Positions 46,269 through 56,848 are shown, counted from the stretch's first letter. The stretch is 64,000 nt of DNA from an uncultured Candidatus Saccharibacteria bacterium (GCA_964598205.1 CAZRBB010000001.1:156199-220198); one strand, 5' to 3'. Numbers and translations are program-made. Notes: a model not told the origin generated them from the letters alone.

Positions 46269-47413
46269 AAATTATTCTAACAGGTGGTGGAACTGGCGGT
46301 CATCTTTTCCCCCTTTTAGCAGTCGCCCGAGAATTAAAAAGAATTAAAGGCCCAGAACTGGAACTTCTTTTTTTGGGGCCGATTAATCGTTTTTCTAAAA
46401 TAATTTTGGAAGAAAATGGGATTAAGACTTCTGGAATAATGGCCGGAAAATGGCGTCGCTATTCATCTTTTCAAAATATTGTGGATATTTTTAAATTTCC
46501 CATTGGCTTGGTCCAAAGTCTTTATAATGTTTGGAAGTTTATGCCAGATGCAGTGCTAGCTAAAGGCGGCTATGGTAGCGTTCCCCCAACAATCGCTGCC
46601 AGAATTTATCTTATTCCAATCTTAACCCACGAATCAGACGCCGTTCCCGGATATGCTAATCGTTTTTTAGCCAAAATTTCGGACAAAATTGCCGTTTCTT
46701 TTCCGTCTGCCGAAAAATATTTTAAGGCGGATAAAACAGTGCTTGTTGGAAATCCTATCCGCTCGGAAATTACTGCCGGTAACTTGGAAGAGGCACAGCG
46801 GATCTTTGGACTAAAAATAGATAAGCCAGTGCTTTTGGTATTAGGAGGGAGTCAGGGATCAAAACTAATCAACGAAAGAATTATAGAAATTCTTCCTCAA
46901 ATTTTGGAATTTTCCCAGGTGATTCACCAAATAGGGGAAGGTAATTTAGAGGCAGTAAAAAAACAAGTAGCTACTTGGGGGATTAAAATAGGTTATGCCG
47001 ATTATCATCCCTACGAATTCATTGGGCCGGAATTGATTCATGCTTACAGGGCTGCGGAATTAGTTATTTCTCGAGCGGGCGCTTCTACCGTTACAGAAAT
47101 TGCGGCAACAAAAAAACCTTCTATCCTTGTTCCTCTAGGAACAAGCGCGAATAATCATCAGCTTTTTAATGCCTATGCGGCAGCCAGTGTTGGTGGTGCT
47201 CTAGTAATTAAAGAAGAAAATTTTAAAGGCAATATTTTAATTAGTAAAATAGAAGAACTGATCAACAATCAAAGAGAACGAGAAGAAATGGGGCAAAAGA
47301 TTTTTGGGTTTTACAATCCAAAAGCCGCCACCGCATTAGCCGAAAGCTTAATCGGACTTTCTGAGGCGGGGAAGGTAGAGGGGGAGGGACTTTTTGACAA
47401 AAAAGTTATTTAA
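46265..47413 (+). CDS. murG: Lipid II GlcNAc transferase
   Basis: GGGTGGH, KGGY, HE, GNP.R, GGSQG, SRAGA, HQ..NA. Confidence 0.97.
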   Translation: MKIILTGGGTGGHLFPLLAVARELKRIKGPELELLFLGPINRFSKIILEENGIKTSGIMAGKWRRYSSFQNIVDIFKFPIGLVQSLYNVWKFMPDAVLAKGGYGSVPPTIAARIYLIPILTHESDAVPGYANRFLAKISDKIAVSFPSAEKYFKADKTVLVGNPIRSEITAGNLEEAQRIFGLKIDKPVLLVLGGSQGSKLINERIIEILPQILEFSQVIHQIGEGNLEAVKKQVATWGIKIGYADYHPYEFIGPELIHAYRAAELVISRAGASTVTEIAATKKPSILVPLGTSANNHQLFNAYAAASVGGALVIKEENFKGNILISKIEELINNQREREEMGQKIFGFYNPKAATALAESLIGLSEAGKVEGEGLFDKKVI

Positions 47414-47426
47414 TTTAAATAAATCA

Positions 47427-48848
47427 ATGGATTCTGAGCTAATAATCGATTTTTCTAAAATAAAAAAAGTGCATCTTATTGGAATCAAAGGAGTGGCAAT
47501 GACTTCTTTGGCCGAAATATTAGCCGGTCACGGAATTAAAATTAGTGGTTCGGATACGGAAGAAATTTTTTTCACCGATGCCCTGCTTAAAAAGATTAAT
47601 GCACGACTCTTTGTGGGATTCAAGAAAGAAAATTTGTTGTCTGCCAATGCGGATTTAATTATTTATTCTACTGCTTATAATCCCAAGGCTAATCCAGAAC
47701 TAGCCGCCGCCTTAAAAAGTGAACCACCAGTTTTGAGCTATCCAGAAGCCTTGGGTCTTCTTTTTAATCAAAGCATTGGAGTGGCAGTTTCGGGAACGCA
47801 TGGCAAAACCACCACCACAGCCATGCTGGGGGAGATTCTTCAAAAGAACAAAAAAGAACCAACAGTTTTGGTGGGGAGTAAAATTATTAATTGGGATTCC
47901 GCTTCCTTGATTGGTAACGGTCCACACTTTATTGCCGAAGCAGATGAATACCAAAACAAGTTGCGATTTTTAAATCCCAAGGGAGCAATCACTACTAACA
48001 TTGATTTTGACCATCCCGACTTTTTTTTAAATCCAGAAGAATACCAAAAAGTTTTTCGGGATTTTTTTTGTCGTCTTCCCCGAAACGGATTTTTAGTTTT
48101 TAACGCCGATGATTCGGAAAGCCAAAGGGCAGTAAAAGGACTTGCAACTAAAATGATTTCTTTTGGTAAAAATCAAGCGGCTGATTTTCGATTAGAAAAA
48201 AGAGAAGTAGGTAACGCCGGGTTTCAAACGGTGTCGTTTACTTTTTCCGAGCATCTATTTTCTTTTAAACTTTTTCTAACTGGTGAACATAATGCTCTAA
48301 ACGCTTTGGCGGCGATTGCGGCGGCCCAAGAATTAGGAGTGTCAATAGAAGAATCATTGCTGGCATTAGAAGGTTTTTTAGGGAGTGAACGGCGATTCCA
48401 AAAAATGGGAGAGAAAGAAGGGGTGTTATTTTATGATGATTATGCGCATCATCCTGCAGAAATAGAAGCCACACTTTTAGGGGCGAAAGAATTTTTCCCC
48501 GGCAAAAAAATAATCGTTGCCTTTCATCCTCATACTTTTACCAGAACTAAAAGATTACTTCCGGAATTTGCGCTTGCGCTTACCATGGCCGACGAGTGTT
48601 TTATCTTGGATATTTACGCCTCAGCGAGAGAAGAAGCTGGAAAAATCAAAGTTCATGCTCGCGATTTAGTTTCCCTAATTAATAAAGAGGGAGGCCGCGC
48701 TTTTTACGCTCCTCAAATTAAAGACTTAACTAAGGCGGTGATAGATAAATTAAAACCCAATACTCTTTTTTTAACCATGGGCGCGGGTGATATTTGGAAG
48801 GCGCATGATCAGCTTTTAAAAAATAATCTTTTAACTTCTCCATGCTAA
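47427..48848 (+). CDS. murC: UDP-N-acetylmuramate--L-alanine ligase
   Basis: GIKG..M, GTHGKTTT, EADE, DDYAHHP, MGAGD; start taken at ATG 47427. Confidence 0.96.
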   Translation: MDSELIIDFSKIKKVHLIGIKGVAMTSLAEILAGHGIKISGSDTEEIFFTDALLKKINARLFVGFKKENLLSANADLIIYSTAYNPKANPELAAALKSEPPVLSYPEALGLLFNQSIGVAVSGTHGKTTTTAMLGEILQKNKKEPTVLVGSKIINWDSASLIGNGPHFIAEADEYQNKLRFLNPKGAITTNIDFDHPDFFLNPEEYQKVFRDFFCRLPRNGFLVFNADDSESQRAVKGLATKMISFGKNQAADFRLEKREVGNAGFQTVSFTFSEHLFSFKLFLTGEHNALNALAAIAAAQELGVSIEESLLALEGFLGSERRFQKMGEKEGVLFYDDYAHHPAEIEATLLGAKEFFPGKKIIVAFHPHTFTRTKRLLPEFALALTMADECFILDIYASAREEAGKIKVHARDLVSLINKEGGRAFYAPQIKDLTKAVIDKLKPNTLFLTMGAGDIWKAHDQLLKNNLLTSPC

Positions 48849-49834
48849 CCATTAAAAAAGATTTTAACATCAATGGCCTAGGGTCTTTTAAAATTGGTGG
48901 CACGGCTGATTTTTACGCGGAGGTAGGCGCCAAAGAAGACTTAGAACCACTTTTTGCCGAAATCAAGAAAAGCAACAAGCCCTACTTTATTATTGGCGGG
49001 GCAACTAATGTTCTTTTCCCCACCAAGAACTATCCCGGTTGGATCGTAAAAATTAATCTTTGGAAACTAGAAGCTACTCCGCCAACTTACATAGCAGATG
49101 CCGGTATCCCCTTGGCAGTTCTGGTCCAAAAAACCAATCAAGATGGTTCTTCTGGGTTACAAAAGTTGGCTGGGATTCCCGGAACGCTTGGCGGGGCTAT
49201 TCGTGGCAATGCTGGGGCGTTTGGTGTTTCGATTGGAGAAAAAATTCAAAAAGTAGAGATTTTTCGCCCAGCTACCAGTACCTTTGAAACTTTTTCTTCT
49301 GGGGAATGTGCTTTTAGTTATCGCTCTAGTGTTTTTTCCCAAAAAAACGCTTTATCCCAAAACAATAATCTAGTAATTGTTTCGGCAGAAATTTTATTAG
49401 AAGAAGGAGACGCCACAGAACTAGAAAAAGAATCGGCCTTGATTTTGGATTCTAGGAAAAACCAACCTTACGCCAAGCATCCTTCCGTGGGAAGCGTTTT
49501 TAAAAATGTGGTAATTTCGGAAATAGAAAATAAGACGGCGCGTGAACGACTTTTATTTAATTACACAAAAGATAGAGAGAACAAAAACAAACCAACAGCT
49601 GGTTCTAAAAAAGATCCTCCACTATCCATTCCGGCCGGTTATTTAGTTGAAGAGGCAGGATTAAAAGGAAAAAGAATTGGTGGCGCGGAAGTTTCCCCGG
49701 AACACGGCAATATTATTGTAAACCTAGGCAACGCAACCGCCGAAGATGTGGTGATGTTGGTGGGCATAATCAAAACCAAGGTCAGAGATGATCTAGGTAT
49801 TCAGCTAAAAGAGGAAATGACTTATGTTGGCTAA
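48842..49834 (+). CDS. murB: UDP-N-acetylenolpyruvoylglucosamine reductase
   Basis: GGATN, GIPGTLGG...NAGAFG, YRSS, GSVFKN. Confidence 0.95.
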   Translation: MLTIKKDFNINGLGSFKIGGTADFYAEVGAKEDLEPLFAEIKKSNKPYFIIGGATNVLFPTKNYPGWIVKINLWKLEATPPTYIADAGIPLAVLVQKTNQDGSSGLQKLAGIPGTLGGAIRGNAGAFGVSIGEKIQKVEIFRPATSTFETFSSGECAFSYRSSVFSQKNALSQNNNLVIVSAEILLEEGDATELEKESALILDSRKNQPYAKHPSVGSVFKNVVISEIENKTARERLLFNYTKDRENKNKPTAGSKKDPPLSIPAGYLVEEAGLKGKRIGGAEVSPEHGNIIVNLGNATAEDVVMLVGIIKTKVRDDLGIQLKEEMTYVG

Positions 49835-49943
49835 TTTTGACTTTTACTTGTTCCCCGTTATGATGAAATTTGAGGTGTCAGTTATTATTTGCTAACAACG
49901 GCACAAGATTTTTAAATTTTTAAATAAATAATAAATATTTTTT

Positions 49944-51200
49944 ATGCTTTTTTCTAAATCTTTTTCCAAAACTAAAAAAGAAATAGGCAAGGAAGAGACC
50001 AGTCTTAACGCCCAGCTCTTACTGCGAGGTGGTTTTGCATCCAAGCTAATGGCAGGGGTTTATCATTTGCTACCGTTAGGATGGCGAGTAACAAGAAAGC
50101 TAGAGCAAATTATTAGAGAAGAAATGGACGCCATTGGCGGACAAGAAATGTTTATGCCGGCTTTGCAACCCGAAGAAAATTGGAAAAAAACCGGCCGTCG
50201 AGAATCAATTGGCGACGGGCTTTTTCTGTCTCAATCCCAAAGCGGTAAAGGTTTAGTTTTAGGGCCAACGCACGAAGAAGTGCTAGCGCCTTTGGCGGTG
50301 AACATAATTAATTCCTATAAAGATTTACCTTTTTCTGTTTATCAGTTTCAAAATAAATTCAGAAACGAAAAACGCGCCAAATCGGGATTATTACGCGGTC
50401 GGGAGTTTATTATGAAAGATCTTTATTCTTTTCATGCCGACGAAAAAGATCTAGATGCTTTTTATGAATTAGCCAAGGCGGCGTACCAAAGAGTCTTTGA
50501 GCGGTGCGGTATTTGGGACAAAACTTACCTAACTTACGCTTCTGGCGGTACCTTTGCCAAATATTCACACGAATTCCAAACCCTAACCGAATCTGGAGAA
50601 GACCTAATTTACATTTGCGACAATTGCCGAATAGCGGTGAATAAGGAAATAATCGCTGATCAAAAAAACGCTTGCCCAGAATGCGGAAACAAAAAGCTTA
50701 GAAAAGAAAAGGCGGTAGAAGTAGGCAATATTTTTAAACTGCGCACCAAATTTTCTGAACCGTTTAATCTTTTTTACTTAAACGAAAAAGGAGAAAAGTG
50801 TTTAGTAGAAATGGGTTGTTACGGCATTGGCTTGCAACGCTTAATGGGCATTATTTCCGAAATAAGCCACGATGAAAAAGGAATTATTTGGCCCCAAACA
50901 GTAGCGCCATTTAAGATTCATTTGGTGGGGCTAGATTTAGACAATCCAGAAATAGCCAAGCAGGCAGATGACTTATATCAATCGTTCCAAAAGGCTAGAA
51001 TAGAAGTATTGTACGATGATCGCCCAGACAAACAGGCAGGGGAAAAGTTTGCCGATGCCGATTTAATTGGGATTCCGTATCGGGTAGTGGTTAGCAAAAG
51101 GACAATGGCCAAGGACGGTTTTGAATTAAAGAAAAGGGAAGAAGCGGGTGATAAGGCTCAAATACAAAGCAAAGAACAATTGCTTAAGATATTGGGCTAA
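49944..51200 (+). CDS. proS: Proline--tRNA ligase (short form, no editing insert; CxxC-CxxC)
   Basis: GPTHEE, KFRNE.R, REFIMKD, EVGNIF, MGCYGIG, anticodon-binding domain. Confidence 0.95.
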   Translation: MLFSKSFSKTKKEIGKEETSLNAQLLLRGGFASKLMAGVYHLLPLGWRVTRKLEQIIREEMDAIGGQEMFMPALQPEENWKKTGRRESIGDGLFLSQSQSGKGLVLGPTHEEVLAPLAVNIINSYKDLPFSVYQFQNKFRNEKRAKSGLLRGREFIMKDLYSFHADEKDLDAFYELAKAAYQRVFERCGIWDKTYLTYASGGTFAKYSHEFQTLTESGEDLIYICDNCRIAVNKEIIADQKNACPECGNKKLRKEKAVEVGNIFKLRTKFSEPFNLFYLNEKGEKCLVEMGCYGIGLQRLMGIISEISHDEKGIIWPQTVAPFKIHLVGLDLDNPEIAKQADDLYQSFQKARIEVLYDDRPDKQAGEKFADADLIGIPYRVVVSKRTMAKDGFELKKREEAGDKAQIQSKEQLLKILG

Positions 51201-51242
51201 AACAAAAACAAAATCGCTAAATAATCGGTTTGTTTGTTTTTT

Positions 51243-52298
51243 ATGTTGGATAAAATTTTTGGCCATTTTTCTCACGACATTGGCATTGACCTTGGTACGG
51301 CCAATACTTTGGTTTATGTTAAAGGCAAGGGGATTGTGATTAACGAACCTTCTGTAGTAGCGATTAACACTAAGACCAATCAAATTTTGGCAATTGGGAG
51401 TGAAGCCAAAAAAATGGTGGGCAAAACTCCCGGTCATATTATGGCCAAGCGACCATTAGCCGACGGCGTAATTTCTGACTTTGAAGTGACCGAGCAAATG
51501 CTGAAATATTTTATTAACAAAGTCCACAAGGAAAGTTTTACCCTTTTGCCTAGACCACGAGTAATTGTGGGGATCCCTTCTGGTGTAACCGATGTAGAAA
51601 GGCGCGCGGTGCAAGAGGCAGCCAAAAATGCTGGTGCTCGCGAAGCCTTTTTAATAGATGAACCAATGGCAGCGGCGATTGGCGCGCGACTACCGGTTCA
51701 GGAAGCGGCCGGCAATATGATTGTAGACATTGGTGGAGGCACTACGGAAATTGCGGTAATTTCTTTGGGTGGCGTGGTGGTTTCTCGGAGCTTGCGAGTG
51801 GCCGGAGACGAATTAAACGAAGATATTGTACGCTACGCTAGAGAAAGATTTAATTTACTTTTAGGAGAAAAAACGGCCGAAGATGTAAAGATTGCTATTG
51901 GTTCGGCCTACGAAATGCCCGAAGAAGTAGAAATGATTATCCGTGGTCGGGATTTGGTAACGGGGCTTCCCAAAGAAGTAATGATTACCGATGTCCATAT
52001 CCGCGAAGCCATGAGTCGTTCGGTGCGCATTTTAGTTTCCAATGTTAAGGCCATGATTGAAGAAACTCCACCCGAACTGGTTGCCGAAATTATGCAAAGA
52101 GGTATTATCTTGGCAGGCGGTGGAGGATTGTTGCGCGGTTTGGATCGCTTGATTTCCGAGCAGGTAGAAACACCAGTTAAAGTAATGGAAGATCCATTAA
52201 CAGCGGTGGTGCGGGGAGTAGGAATTGTGCTAGAAGATTTAGACAACCTTAGGAGCGTTTTAATAGAAGGTGAAAACGAAAAAGCGCCTAAGTGGTAG
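51243..52298 (+). CDS. mreB: Rod shape-determining actin homolog
   Basis: IDLGTANT, EPMAAAIGA, DIGGGTT, LAGGG. Confidence 0.97.
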   Translation: MLDKIFGHFSHDIGIDLGTANTLVYVKGKGIVINEPSVVAINTKTNQILAIGSEAKKMVGKTPGHIMAKRPLADGVISDFEVTEQMLKYFINKVHKESFTLLPRPRVIVGIPSGVTDVERRAVQEAAKNAGAREAFLIDEPMAAAIGARLPVQEAAGNMIVDIGGGTTEIAVISLGGVVVSRSLRVAGDELNEDIVRYARERFNLLLGEKTAEDVKIAIGSAYEMPEEVEMIIRGRDLVTGLPKEVMITDVHIREAMSRSVRILVSNVKAMIEETPPELVAEIMQRGIILAGGGGLLRGLDRLISEQVETPVKVMEDPLTAVVRGVGIVLEDLDNLRSVLIEGENEKAPKW

Positions 52299-52319
52299 AA
52301 TAGAGTAAAAATAATTTTT

Positions 52320-52392
52320 GTCCCGGTAGCTCAGTGGATAGAGCAACAGCCTTCTAAGCTGTGGGCCGCAGGTTCAAGTCCTGCCCGGGACG
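52320..52392 (+). tRNA. tRNA-Arg(TCT)
   Basis: GTCCCGG...ACAGC-CT-TCT-AA-GCTGT...GGTTCAAGTCC...CCGGGACG. Confidence 0.95.
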
Positions 52393-52393
52393 C

Positions 52394-52436
52394 AAGTAAA
52401 AAAAGAATGACCAATTTGGTCATTCTTTTTTTACTT
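52394..52436 (+). terminator. Long palindromic terminator after tRNA-Arg
   Basis: aagtaaaaaaagaatgacca-att-tggtcattctttttttactt. Confidence 0.75.
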
Positions 52437-52445
52437 TTGACTAGC

Positions 52446-52724
52446 GCAGGACTTGAACACGAAGGGGGTCGGGGAAACTGTAGTTTCCCCGTTGGGGGTG
52501 ACAGCGAGTCCCGTTGAAAACGGGACGAGCGCCAGAGGGCGGAAGCCCTATGGAGAGCGAGCAAAGCGAGCGAGTGAAAGTCCTGCCATTAATATCTTGA
52601 ACGGGGATGGGGTCGGGAAACCGGGAGGTTTCCCGTGGCGGAGGAATCGGAACCGATGGGTTCCGAAGCGGAGCGAACCGCAGCGGAGCGGAGGTGAGTG
52701 AGCAGTGAAATTCCTGCCCGAGGA
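52446..52724. repeat. Two GC-rich tRNA-linked repeat units bounded by T-arm fragments
   Basis: gcaggacttgaac is the reverse complement of tRNA 52372-52384; units end in aagtcctgcc and ttcctgcccgagga; both carry a ggggtcggg(g)aaac..gtttccc hairpin. Confidence 0.75.
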
Positions 52725-52840
52725 TATTCAAAATATTTAATATACTATAAAAATCTTCGAATCAATCATTGAATAATTTGTTATTGATCTTTTACAAAAT
52801 AAAGACCGCCAGTATTTGCCACTGGAAAGCAATGAATCAT

Positions 52841-52873
52841 AAAGTTCCTAGTACACTAGGAACTAGGAACTTT
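52841..52873. promoter_or_regulatory. Inverted-repeat operator candidate upstream of the HTH-PRTase gene
   Basis: agttcctagt-ac-actaggaact with an overlapping second right half-site actaggaacttt. Confidence 0.5.
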
Positions 52874-52894
52874 TTTTGTTATGATATAAGCACT

Positions 52895-53887
52895 ATGAAA
52901 ACATCTAAGAAAATACTTGAATATATAGCGAAGAATGGTCACGCAAGCGGAAAGGAGCTTGTTGATAGTCTTGGTGATATTACCCCGAGAGCCGTGCGTA
53001 AGCAGTTAAAAAATCTTTTAGATGCTGGCGAGCTAAAAAAGATTGGGCGTCCGCCAAAGGTTTTCTATTCTTTAGTTCCCAAGATAGTAATGAGCACGCT
53101 TACGCTCCGAAGAGATTTTTTAAATGTGGATTTGAAAACACGCAATAGTATTGATAGTCAATATCTCTACATTACGCCTGCCGGTGAGATGAAGCTAGGC
53201 TGGGATGGATTTGTGGCATGGTGCGAAAAGACGAAACAGAATCCGGAAAAGACAGCGAAGGAATACTTATCAACTCTTCGGAAGTGTGATGTTTTTTTTA
53301 GAAATGGACTGATTGATGGGATGGGAAAAATCCAAAGCACATTCAAAGATGTATACCTTGACCAACTTTTCTATCTTGATTTTTATAGTATTGAGCGATT
53401 TGGAAAGACAAAAATCGGTCAGTTGCTTTTGCATGCCAAAAACAGTCAGGATCGGAAACTGATGAAACCATTGATTGATGATATCCGACCAAGGGTTGTG
53501 GCGTTGATAAAAAAGTATTCAATCGAAGGCGTTTTGTTTGTTCCTCCAACCGTGAGGCGTGAAATTCAGATTATGAAAGAAATCGAAAGAAACCTAAAAC
53601 TTCCCATAAGCACACTTGTTGTTGCAAAAGTGAAAACACAAATTGCAGTTGCGCAGAAAACGCTTTTAAAACTTGAGGATCGAATAGAAAATGCAAAGAA
53701 AACGATTGTTGTTGAGGATACTAGGACGTATGGCAATATTCTTCTAATAGATGATGCTGTTGGATCAGGATCGACTCTAAACGAGACCGCCGCTCAGATT
53801 CGAAAAAAGGGTTTGTGTCGTGGGAAGATTATTGGATTAGCGATTGTGGGAAGTTTCAAAGGATTTGATGTTATTAGTGAGATATAA
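52895..53887 (+). CDS. Winged-HTH + type I phosphoribosyltransferase-fold protein
   Basis: N-terminal wHTH (ITPRAVRKQLKNL..G.L.K.G); PRPP loop ILLIDDAVGSGSTL; start taken at ATG 52895. Confidence 0.8.
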   Translation: MKTSKKILEYIAKNGHASGKELVDSLGDITPRAVRKQLKNLLDAGELKKIGRPPKVFYSLVPKIVMSTLTLRRDFLNVDLKTRNSIDSQYLYITPAGEMKLGWDGFVAWCEKTKQNPEKTAKEYLSTLRKCDVFFRNGLIDGMGKIQSTFKDVYLDQLFYLDFYSIERFGKTKIGQLLLHAKNSQDRKLMKPLIDDIRPRVVALIKKYSIEGVLFVPPTVRREIQIMKEIERNLKLPISTLVVAKVKTQIAVAQKTLLKLEDRIENAKKTIVVEDTRTYGNILLIDDAVGSGSTLNETAAQIRKKGLCRGKIIGLAIVGSFKGFDVISEI

Positions 53888-53950
53888 CCAAAATCTCTGA
53901 TCGCAATTATGCTATCTTATAATTAATTTTTAGAGTGCTAATCCTCACTA

Positions 53951-55069
53951 ATGTATTACAAAAACCATTTAGCCGAATCTAATCTAAAGAATACATTACA
54001 AGAAGAACTAGCAAAAAAAGACAAAGAACTAGCTGAGTTAAAAGCTGAAAAAGATCGTAATTTTGCAGAGCAATTAGCAAAAAAGGAATCCGAGATTGCT
54101 GAAATGAAATCAAAAATCACCAATGCTGAAACGGAGAAAAAATTAGCTGTCACACAAGCAGTCAATTCCGTAGAAAAAGAAAGGGATGATTTTAAAATCA
54201 AACTGCAAAGCAAAGAACATGAAATGCAACTCTGTGAAGTTTCATTAAAAGACAAATATGAAAATGAATTGAAATTAAAGGACGAAATGATTGAACGATA
54301 CAAAGACATGAAATTAAAACTCAGCACGAAAATGATCGGTGAGACACTTGAGCAACACTGTGAAACTGAGTTTAACAAAATTCGTGCCACGGCTTTTCCA
54401 AAAGCCTATTTTGAAAAAGATAATGATCCCAAAACTGGCAGCAAGGGTGATTTTATCTATCGCGAAACTGATGAAGACAAAAACGAAATCATTTCTATAA
54501 TGTTTGAAATGAAAAATGAAAGTGATGAAACCGCCACTAAAAAAAGAAATGAAGATTTTTTGCACGAGCTTGATAAGGACCGTACCGAGAAAAAATGCGA
54601 GTATGCTGTTCTTGTTACGTTCTTGGAAGCCGAAAATGAATTATATAACACCAGCATTGTTGATGTCTCTCATAAATACCCCAAAATGTATGTAGTTCGA
54701 CCACAATTTTTTATCCTAATCATTACACTACTCCGCAACGCAGCCATGAATTCTCTAAAATACAAAGCCGAACTGGCATTGATGCGAACACAGAATATTG
54801 ATGTTACTACTTTTGAAGGCCAATTAAATGATTTTCGCGAATCATTTGGCAGAAATTTCAGATTGGCATCCGAAAAGTTTAAAAACGCCATTGGTAGTAT
54901 TGATAAATCGATTGAGCAACTTCAAAAGACCAAAGAGAGTCTTTTGCGATCTGAAGATAATCTGCGCCTGGCTAATAATAAAGCTGATGATTTGACAATA
55001 AAGAAGTTGACACGTGGGAATTCTACGATGAAGGCAAAGTTCGAAGAGCTTCCCGATAAAAAGGAGTAA
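53951..55069 (+). CDS. DUF2130 domain coiled-coil protein
   Basis: [41 protein letters not shown]. Confidence 0.85.
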   Translation: MYYKNHLAESNLKNTLQEELAKKDKELAELKAEKDRNFAEQLAKKESEIAEMKSKITNAETEKKLAVTQAVNSVEKERDDFKIKLQSKEHEMQLCEVSLKDKYENELKLKDEMIERYKDMKLKLSTKMIGETLEQHCETEFNKIRATAFPKAYFEKDNDPKTGSKGDFIYRETDEDKNEIISIMFEMKNESDETATKKRNEDFLHELDKDRTEKKCEYAVLVTFLEAENELYNTSIVDVSHKYPKMYVVRPQFFILIITLLRNAAMNSLKYKAELALMRTQNIDVTTFEGQLNDFRESFGRNFRLASEKFKNAIGSIDKSIEQLQKTKESLLRSEDNLRLANNKADDLTIKKLTRGNSTMKAKFEELPDKKE

Positions 55070-55306
55070 GCCACTTGAACTCGGAACATAATTCACCCCT
55101 AACCATCCTCCCATCTCTCCAAACCCCAAAATAAATTTAATTTAGACGCTTGCCCACCATAGCTTTAGCGAAGGAGGGATAGCTCGTCAAAAAAAAGAAT
55201 ATCTCCGTTAATTCCATAATGAGTCTTATTATGGAATTAACATTTCCAATATTGGAATCATAATATCTACTTCAAACCTTCCCATCTTTTGACCTAATCT
55301 CTCCAA

Positions 55307-55489
55307 ATGCTAACCAAAATTTTAAAAAAATTAACTCTAAGGAAAGAACAGAAAGAATCTCCCCGCAAATCTTTTTTAGAGATGCCCATAAGAGACCAAA
55401 GGAAAATCATCAAAAAAGCGGTAGAAGAATCCAACAAGGAACAACGCAAACTCGTAGAAAGATACGAAAATAAATTTGGCCACGCTTAG
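55307..55489 (+). CDS. Small hypothetical protein
   Basis: 60-aa helical ORF with ATG; no family recognised. Confidence 0.45.
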   Translation: MLTKILKKLTLRKEQKESPRKSFLEMPIRDQRKIIKKAVEESNKEQRKLVERYENKFGHA

Positions 55490-55541
55490 GGAAAAAGTTG
55501 CAAAGCACAGAGCTAGGGGAGTAGAAAAGAGATTTCAATGC

Positions 55542-55603
55542 TATGCACAAGCAGTGTGCAGACATTGACAAATATGCACAAAAAACAGTAAAATTTGTGC
55601 ATA
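55542..55603 (+). promoter_or_regulatory. Promoter of the Fic gene overlapped by TGCACA inverted repeats
   Basis: TTGACA 55565, TAAAAT 55589; tatgcacaaa (55573) / tttgtgcata (55594); second pair at 55542-55560. Confidence 0.6.
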
Positions 55604-55625
55604 ACAAAAATAATCCAAAAACACT

Positions 55626-56714
55626 GTGTTTAATCGCAATATTCCCCACAATCAACTGCCATTACTTCCACCCGATTTTAATTTCAACGATGTGGATCTT
55701 TTAAAGTTGGTGAACAAAGCCAATAACTCTTTGTTCGAACTAAAAGGAATGGCTAATGTTTTGCCCAACAGCGGAATTTTAGTTTCCCCATTGACGATTC
55801 GTGAAGCGGTTGCCAGTAGTGGAATTGAAAATATTAACACAACTGTGGCGGAAGCCCTTAAAGCAGATGTTATTTATGAAAAGTCAGAACTCTCCGGAGC
55901 CGAAAAAGAAATCCTAAGGTATCGGGACGCTCTTCGTGAGGGATATAAAATGCTTAAGAAGAATGAGTTTTTAAACACGAATAGTTTTGTTGAAATTCAA
56001 TCAGTATTGGAGCCGAATAAAAAAGGTATTAGGAAAATTCCCGGAGTTGCAATTAGGAATTCAAAAACCGGCGAAGCCATTTATACCCCGCCGGAAGGAC
56101 ACGATGTTATATTAAAAAAACTCAAAAATTTTGAAGATTATTTTAATGATCAAAAAAACTTTGATGACATTGATCCACTAGTACGCATGGCGGTGATGCA
56201 TTATCAATTTGAGTCCATTCATCCATTTTTAGATGGTAATGGAAGAACTGGTAGAATAATTATGATTCTCTATTTGGTGCTAACAAAGCGTTTGGAATTG
56301 CCAATTTTATTCTTAAGCAAATATATCCTAGAAAACCGAGATGAATATTATAAAAAACTACGCGGAGTTACGGAAAACAAAGAATGGCTAAATTGGGTTT
56401 TTTATATCCTTCGGGGTATTGATATGCAAGCGCAGGAAACAAGAAAAAATATTTCACAGATCAAAAAATTAATGGAAGAATACAAAGAAATTTCTCTAAA
56501 AGAGGGCGTTCATATGACATCTCGCATGCTGGATTATCTTTTTTCAAATCCGTTTTATTCGCAAAAAAAGATGGCGGAGAGTCTCAGTATCCATAGGAAT
56601 ACTGCTGCAAAATATTTTCAAGAGCTAGAAAAATCAAAAATTGTACAGAAATTCAAGCACAAGCAAGGGTATATTTATTATAATCAAGCATTTCTTAATA
56701 TCATGAGCTATTAG
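55626..56714 (+). CDS. Fic family protein (class II: N-terminal inhibitory motif, C-terminal HTH)
   Basis: SSGIEN inhibitory motif; HPFLDGNGRTGR; C-terminal HTH. Confidence 0.92.
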   Translation: MFNRNIPHNQLPLLPPDFNFNDVDLLKLVNKANNSLFELKGMANVLPNSGILVSPLTIREAVASSGIENINTTVAEALKADVIYEKSELSGAEKEILRYRDALREGYKMLKKNEFLNTNSFVEIQSVLEPNKKGIRKIPGVAIRNSKTGEAIYTPPEGHDVILKKLKNFEDYFNDQKNFDDIDPLVRMAVMHYQFESIHPFLDGNGRTGRIIMILYLVLTKRLELPILFLSKYILENRDEYYKKLRGVTENKEWLNWVFYILRGIDMQAQETRKNISQIKKLMEEYKEISLKEGVHMTSRMLDYLFSNPFYSQKKMAESLSIHRNTAAKYFQELEKSKIVQKFKHKQGYIYYNQAFLNIMSY

Positions 56715-56848
56715 AGTTTTCGATGTAACTTTAAGAATGAATTCTTAAAAATTGTTTTTGGTATAAATAAAACATTCAATCTTGAAAGGGAAAGAGGTGT
56801 GCGATTCCCCAAAGCCATCTTAACTTGGCTGGGGTAAAGTATGCTGTG

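Noticed and set aside
52331-52731. Three overlapping ORFs after tRNA-Arg
   Set aside because: Open frames arise from the GC-rich tRNA-linked repeat; no protein motifs.
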